From: an uncultured Acidobacteriaceae bacterium
GTDB taxonomy: Bacteria; Acidobacteriota; Terriglobia; Terriglobales; Acidobacteriaceae
NCBI GenBank assembly: GCA_963842095.1
Contig: CAWJEY010000007.1
Span: 137,602 to 201,601 of the forward strand
DNA: 64,000 nt
Direction: 5' to 3'
Shown: piece by piece, positions 60,823-64,000 of the stretch
How positions within the stretch are numbered: the stretch's first letter is position 1
Layout: each line of letters opens with the position of its first letter
Notes under the pieces: generated by a model
The model's input: the letters and a program-made list of their open reading frames with translations, nothing else
Told to the model about the DNA's origin: nothing
Database searches by the model: none
Position numbers and translations under genes: made by a program

Positions 60823-60855
60823 ATCCCAGCGGGAAAAGCGTCCTTTGAACTAACC

Positions 60856-61629
60856 TTATGCTGGTTTCGGCGAAGGCGAATTCCCTCTCACCTCGTCGCT
60901 CAGCACAATCGCTTCGGCAATCTCCTTCATCGCCTTGCGCTTCTGCCGGCTCTGCCGCTGCAGCGTCAGGTAGGCCTGCTCTTCGCTCAGTCCCAGATCG
61001 CGCTGCAGGATTCCTTTAGCGCGTTCGACAACTTTGCGAGTCTGTAGTTGTTCCGACAGGTTGGAGTTAGCATCCTCCAGCCGCGCCATCTCGATCTCGG
61101 CACCCACCAGAAATCCGATCGTGGAAATCAACCGAATTTCCCGCCTCCGGTAAACATGCGCCTGGCGATGCTGCAGATTGATCACTCCCATCACGCGCCC
61201 GCGGCACATCAAAGGCACCGACAGAAACGCTTCGTAGGAATCTTCCGGAAGCTCGTGGAAAAACTGGAAGCGCGGATCCTGTGCCGCTTTTTCGGCAACC
61301 GCGACCGGCTCCTGGTGTTCCGCCACCCATCCCGTAATGCCCTGCCCCACGCGCAGTTTCAGGCGGTCCACCACTTCGGGATGGGGATTCTTGGATGCTC
61401 GCAGCACGAGATCATCGCCCTCGAGCACGTAAATCAAGCAGGAGTCGCACTTCACCAGCGCGGCGGCAAACTCGACCACACGAGTCAGCACTTCGTGGAA
61501 GCCGTCCGCCGTCGCCAGCCGGACGCCAATCTCGTGCAGCAAATCAACATGTGAGTCCTCAACTGATAGTAAGGGGTCCATGGTCAAGAGTAAGGCGGTA
61601 TCATGGCCCTGTCTAATTCCAAATTTCAA
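60856..61629 (-). CDS. GAF + ANTAR RNA-binding antitermination regulator
   Basis: The N-terminal GAF domain is followed by the ANTAR helix motif LQTRKVVERAKGILQRDLGLSEEQAYLTLQRQSRQKRKAMKEIAEAI. ATG at 61581 is an alternative start. Confidence 0.85.
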   Translation of the reverse strand: MKFGIRQGHDTALLLTMDPLLSVEDSHVDLLHEIGVRLATADGFHEVLTRVVEFAAALVKCDSCLIYVLEGDDLVLRASKNPHPEVVDRLKLRVGQGITGWVAEHQEPVAVAEKAAQDPRFQFFHELPEDSYEAFLSVPLMCRGRVMGVINLQHRQAHVYRRREIRLISTIGFLVGAEIEMARLEDANSNLSEQLQTRKVVERAKGILQRDLGLSEEQAYLTLQRQSRQKRKAMKEIAEAIVLSDEVRGNSPSPKPA

Positions 61630-61751
61630 TGACTACCATAAAGGATTTCCCGCACGATTGTTACCGCTCATTAACATCTTTTGCGGAAGAAGTGCATCGG
61701 GCAGGGACATCCCTTTGATCGATGTCCTCTACCAGACATCCCGAGGTGCTT

Positions 61752-61886
61752 TCATCTCGCGGGAACAGCCAGCAACCAGACCATCAAGCCAAACAGGATC
61801 ACGGCCGCAACCAGGGAAAACAGGGTGTGCAGCGGATGAAAATGGAAATAGGGATTCCGGGTCAGCCGATTCTTCATCGCCAGCAT
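61752..61886 (-). CDS. candidate 44-aa single-TM peptide (below the ORF-track cutoff)
   Basis: My hand translation gives MLAMKNRLTRNPYFHFHPLHTLFSLVAAVILFGLMVWLLAVPAR*. The SD AAGGAGG ends 4 nt before the ATG. It lies 122 nt upstream of and co-directional with the GAF-ANTAR gene. Confidence 0.5.
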   Translation of the reverse strand: MLAMKNRLTRNPYFHFHPLHTLFSLVAAVILFGLMVWLLAVPAR

Positions 61887-62073
61887 AGAACCTCCTTCGC
61901 CCGCGATGCGCGTGCCAACAGAGCCGCTTGCCTATTCCTATTTTCCCACCGTTAGGCTCGCATGGCGACTGTTTTTTGCACAACCTGGGATTCTAGGCAG
62001 TTCCGCCAAGGCCGCAGGCTCACCCTCGCTTCACGCCCGGCCCCTGTGTTACAACCCTAACGGACTCACTCCC

Positions 62074-62916
62074 ATGCCCGAAAAAATCGCTCTCATTACC
62101 GGTTCCTCCAGCGGCTTCGGATTGCTCACCTCCATCGAACTGGCCAAGGCGGGATTCCGCGTCGTCGCCACCATGCGCGACCTCGGCCGCCGTGAGCGCC
62201 TCGATCAGGCGGCAACCGCCGCGGGTATCGCCGCTCAACTCGATATCCGCGCCCTCGACGTCGCCAACTTCAACTCGCTCCCTGGGTTCGTCGATGCCGT
62301 AGTTCGCGATCATGGCCGCCTCGACGTCCTCGTCAACAACGCTGGGTTCGCCGTCGCCGGATTCGCCGAAGATATCAAGCTGGAAGAACTCCGCTACCAG
62401 TTCGAAACCAATTTCTTCGGCGCCGTCGCCATGACCAAGGCCGTTCTGCCCACCATGCGCCGCCAGCGTTCCGGACACATCATCATGGTCTCTTCCATCG
62501 CCGGCCTGCATGGTTCCGTTACGGTCAGCAGCTATTCCGCGTCCAAACACGCGCTCGAAGGCTGGAGCGAATCCCTGCGCCTCGAGATCAACTCGCTCGG
62601 TATCACAGTAGTGCTGGTCGAGCCTGGAGCTTTCCAAACCGGCATCTGGACCCGCGGCGCAGTCATGGGCGAACAAGCCACCAAGGAGACTTCTCCAAAC
62701 ATTCAGCGCAGCCTGCGCATGCGCGATCGCGTGCAGGCCCTGCCCAAACGCGACCCCATTGAGGTGGCGCGATTGATCGCGGCGATCGCGCAAGACCCCA
62801 ACCCGAAGCTGCGCTACCTGGTCGGCGGTGACGCGAAGATGCAGCTCGCCATGAAGCGCATCCTGCCCTGGAAGTGGCACGAAAAGCTGGTGGCAAATTT
62901 CCTGAAGCTCGACTGA
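62074..62916 (+). CDS. short-chain dehydrogenase/reductase (SDR)
   Basis: The TGSSSGFG cofactor motif starts near the ATG at 62074, NNAG is present, and the catalytic YSASK is present. The track ORF start at 61906 adds a non-coding-looking extension. Confidence 0.9.
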   Translation: MPEKIALITGSSSGFGLLTSIELAKAGFRVVATMRDLGRRERLDQAATAAGIAAQLDIRALDVANFNSLPGFVDAVVRDHGRLDVLVNNAGFAVAGFAEDIKLEELRYQFETNFFGAVAMTKAVLPTMRRQRSGHIIMVSSIAGLHGSVTVSSYSASKHALEGWSESLRLEINSLGITVVLVEPGAFQTGIWTRGAVMGEQATKETSPNIQRSLRMRDRVQALPKRDPIEVARLIAAIAQDPNPKLRYLVGGDAKMQLAMKRILPWKWHEKLVANFLKLD

Positions 62917-62918
62917 AC

Positions 62919-63024
62919 ACATTGAGTCATTGAGTGATTGAGTCATTGAGTCAATTTGTTTTAGCGCGCTGCCGCAGGAAAGGTTTTCAATCACTCAATG
63001 ACTCAATCTCTCAATGGCTCAATC
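62919..63024. repeat. inverted arrays of tandem 8-mers (CATTGAGT x4 facing ACTCAATG x4)
   Basis: The left arm is cattgagtcattgagtgattgagtcattgagtcaat. The right arm is tcaatcactcaatgactcaatctctcaatggctcaat. They form a stem of about 30 bp with 2-3 mismatches and a loop of about 34 nt. The right arm overlaps the stop of the 63019 gene. Confidence 0.85.
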
Positions 63025-63459
63025 CAAATCCACCGTCTTCACCGGCAAATCCCAATGCCCGTCGAGAATTTCAAAGCGCCGCTGCTCTTCGCGCTGGAAC
63101 GTCTCCTGATCGGGATACATCTGCTTCTGCAGCGCCGCTTCATCGAAGGCTTCGTTGGCCACGGTCGCATTCTTGAAGACAATGGTCACGCGGAAATCCC
63201 AACGCCCGTCTTCGGTGGTGTGATAGCGAGGCTGATCCATCCAAACCTTCGCGATCCTCCCCATCTCCATTTCCTTCTTGAGCACGGGATAGTGATTCTT
63301 CTTGAACAGCTTAAGAAATTCGTCCGCGTGCCCCCACTTCGCTTTGTAGTAGTACTCGACGACGAAGGGCTTATCAGAGGCCGCGGGCATAGCCTGAGCG
63401 TGTGAAAAAGTTGGCAGGGCAATGGCGAAGAACAAGAGCGGCGCATAGAGGCGGAACAT
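63019..63459 (-). CDS. hypothetical secreted protein (possibly a dimeric alpha/beta-barrel, NIPSNAP/ABM-like)
   Basis: Signal peptide MFRLYAPLLFFAIALPTFSHAQA from the ATG at 63459, with the SD GAGGAGG upstream. The fold guess is weak. Confidence 0.6.
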   Translation of the reverse strand: MFRLYAPLLFFAIALPTFSHAQAMPAASDKPFVVEYYYKAKWGHADEFLKLFKKNHYPVLKKEMEMGRIAKVWMDQPRYHTTEDGRWDFRVTIVFKNATVANEAFDEAALQKQMYPDQETFQREEQRRFEILDGHWDLPVKTVDLD

Positions 63460-63567
63460 TCGAATCACAAGGACCTCCTCGGTAAATGCCACCTAGTACA
63501 CTACCAAAAAAGCGTCGTAGAGACGTTGCAAGCAACGTCTCTACGGATCTCTAGTTGAAGGAGGCAG

Positions 63568-63951
63568 ATGCATTTGCTAAGCGACGAGCAACAAATCCTG
63601 AAACTCTTCGAAGACGGCGACCGCGCTCTGATGGCCGCCGACCTCGCCGAACTCTCGCGTATCTTTGCCGATGACTACATCCAATACGACGAGTCCGGCG
63701 ACTCCTTCACCAAGCACGAGGTGATCGAGAATCTCAAGACTTGCGCGATCCGCTACCTCTCGATGATTTCGACCGGTCGCCGGATTCGTCTGCTGAGCGG
63801 CGAACTAGCCATCGTCCACGGATCGGAAGAAGATGACGTCGAGCAAGGTGGACGGCGCTTCCCCGTTCGCTACGTGTACATGGATGTCGTTGTGAAGCGC
63901 AATGGCAGATGGCAGATCGTTGGATCACAACTAGCGAAACCGGAAGTGTAG
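63568..63951 (+). CDS. SnoaL-like / DUF4440 (NTF2-fold) protein
   Basis: 127 aa. The C-terminal ...VYMDVVVKRNGRWQIVGSQ is typical of DUF4440. Confidence 0.72.
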   Translation: MHLLSDEQQILKLFEDGDRALMAADLAELSRIFADDYIQYDESGDSFTKHEVIENLKTCAIRYLSMISTGRRIRLLSGELAIVHGSEEDDVEQGGRRFPVRYVYMDVVVKRNGRWQIVGSQLAKPEV

Positions 63952-64000
63952 CGCCGGCCTCCCGCCGGCTGTCGAGTGGGCGTCCCGCCCACTCTCCTGC

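Noticed and set aside
62020-62994. Long antisense ORFs opposite strongly supported genes. Examples: 62020-62994 (SDR), 55267-56373 (aminotransferase), 9945-10985 and 7848-8768 (gltB), 14442-15578 (sir), 52719-53792 (M48), 57321-58370 (OMP/ino1), 58968-59633 (ino1), 25891-26808 (Trx-like/ABC), 43420-44298 (redoxin), 48608-49468 (ADH).
   Set aside because: These are typical GC-rich shadow frames. They are Arg/Gly/His/Pro-rich, lack motifs, and each fully overlaps a gene with clear family signatures.
62919-63024. The tandem 8-mer arrays as a CRISPR-like array.
   Set aside because: The units are 8 nt with no spacers and are arranged as an inverted repeat. No cas genes are present in the window.

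Overview
This is a GC-rich, gene-dense 64-kb bacterial chromosomal segment. I annotate about 60 protein genes and one tRNA-Gly(CCC). I see no rRNA, CRISPR array, transposase or integrase. All family calls come from motif recognition by eye; no HMM or BLAST search was run.

The likely source is Acidobacteriota (Terriglobia-like). This is an inference from a VWFA-related Acidobacterial-type VWA protein, several short GC-rich palindromic repeat families, and the overall gene content.

Gene content in window order:
- A DUF4129/DUF4350/MoxR/DUF58/SpoIIM-like/RDD cluster.
- ilvA, gltB and a LysR regulator.
- A sulfate-assimilation/siroheme operon (sir, siroheme-synthase N-domain, cobA, cysH).
- tRNA-Gly, a HugZ-like protein, cspA, an M15 peptidase, an amidase and a VWA protein.
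- An ABC-2 exporter operon with an embedded thioredoxin-like gene.
- A transglutaminase-like protein and an ECF sigma/anti-sigma pair.
- An AT-richer islet carrying ArsR, an SRPBCC protein and a long solitary RES-domain protein.
- An Slt-type lytic transglycosylase, lspA, an M28/PDZ peptidase and mntH.
- A GAF(fRMsr)-redoxin-NUDIX operon.
- A run of XdhC, MocA-like, HAD, NifU-like and a periplasmic-binding-protein-fold protein.
- An ADH-GNAT-nuoB trio, gltA, an M48 peptidase, a class-V aminotransferase and VapBC.
- An OMP gene next to ino1, a GAF-ANTAR regulator and an SDR.

Most interesting observations:
1. A near-leaderless 30-codon poly-Cys uORF, four alternating 7-mers and a strong intrinsic terminator sit directly upstream of sir. 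I read this as a candidate cysteine-sensing attenuator.
2. An antitoxin-less 483-aa RES-domain protein sits in a low-GC islet, preceded by a perfect 28-bp inverted repeat.
3. A 101-bp diverged duplicate of the ino1 3' end brackets a lone OMP gene.
4. The gene after lspA is frameshifted at a C5 run.
5. There are sub-threshold small ORFs, including a 44-aa membrane peptide with a strong SD upstream of GAF-ANTAR.
6. Several dispersed or inverted short-repeat families occur, one of them translated as the tail of cobA.
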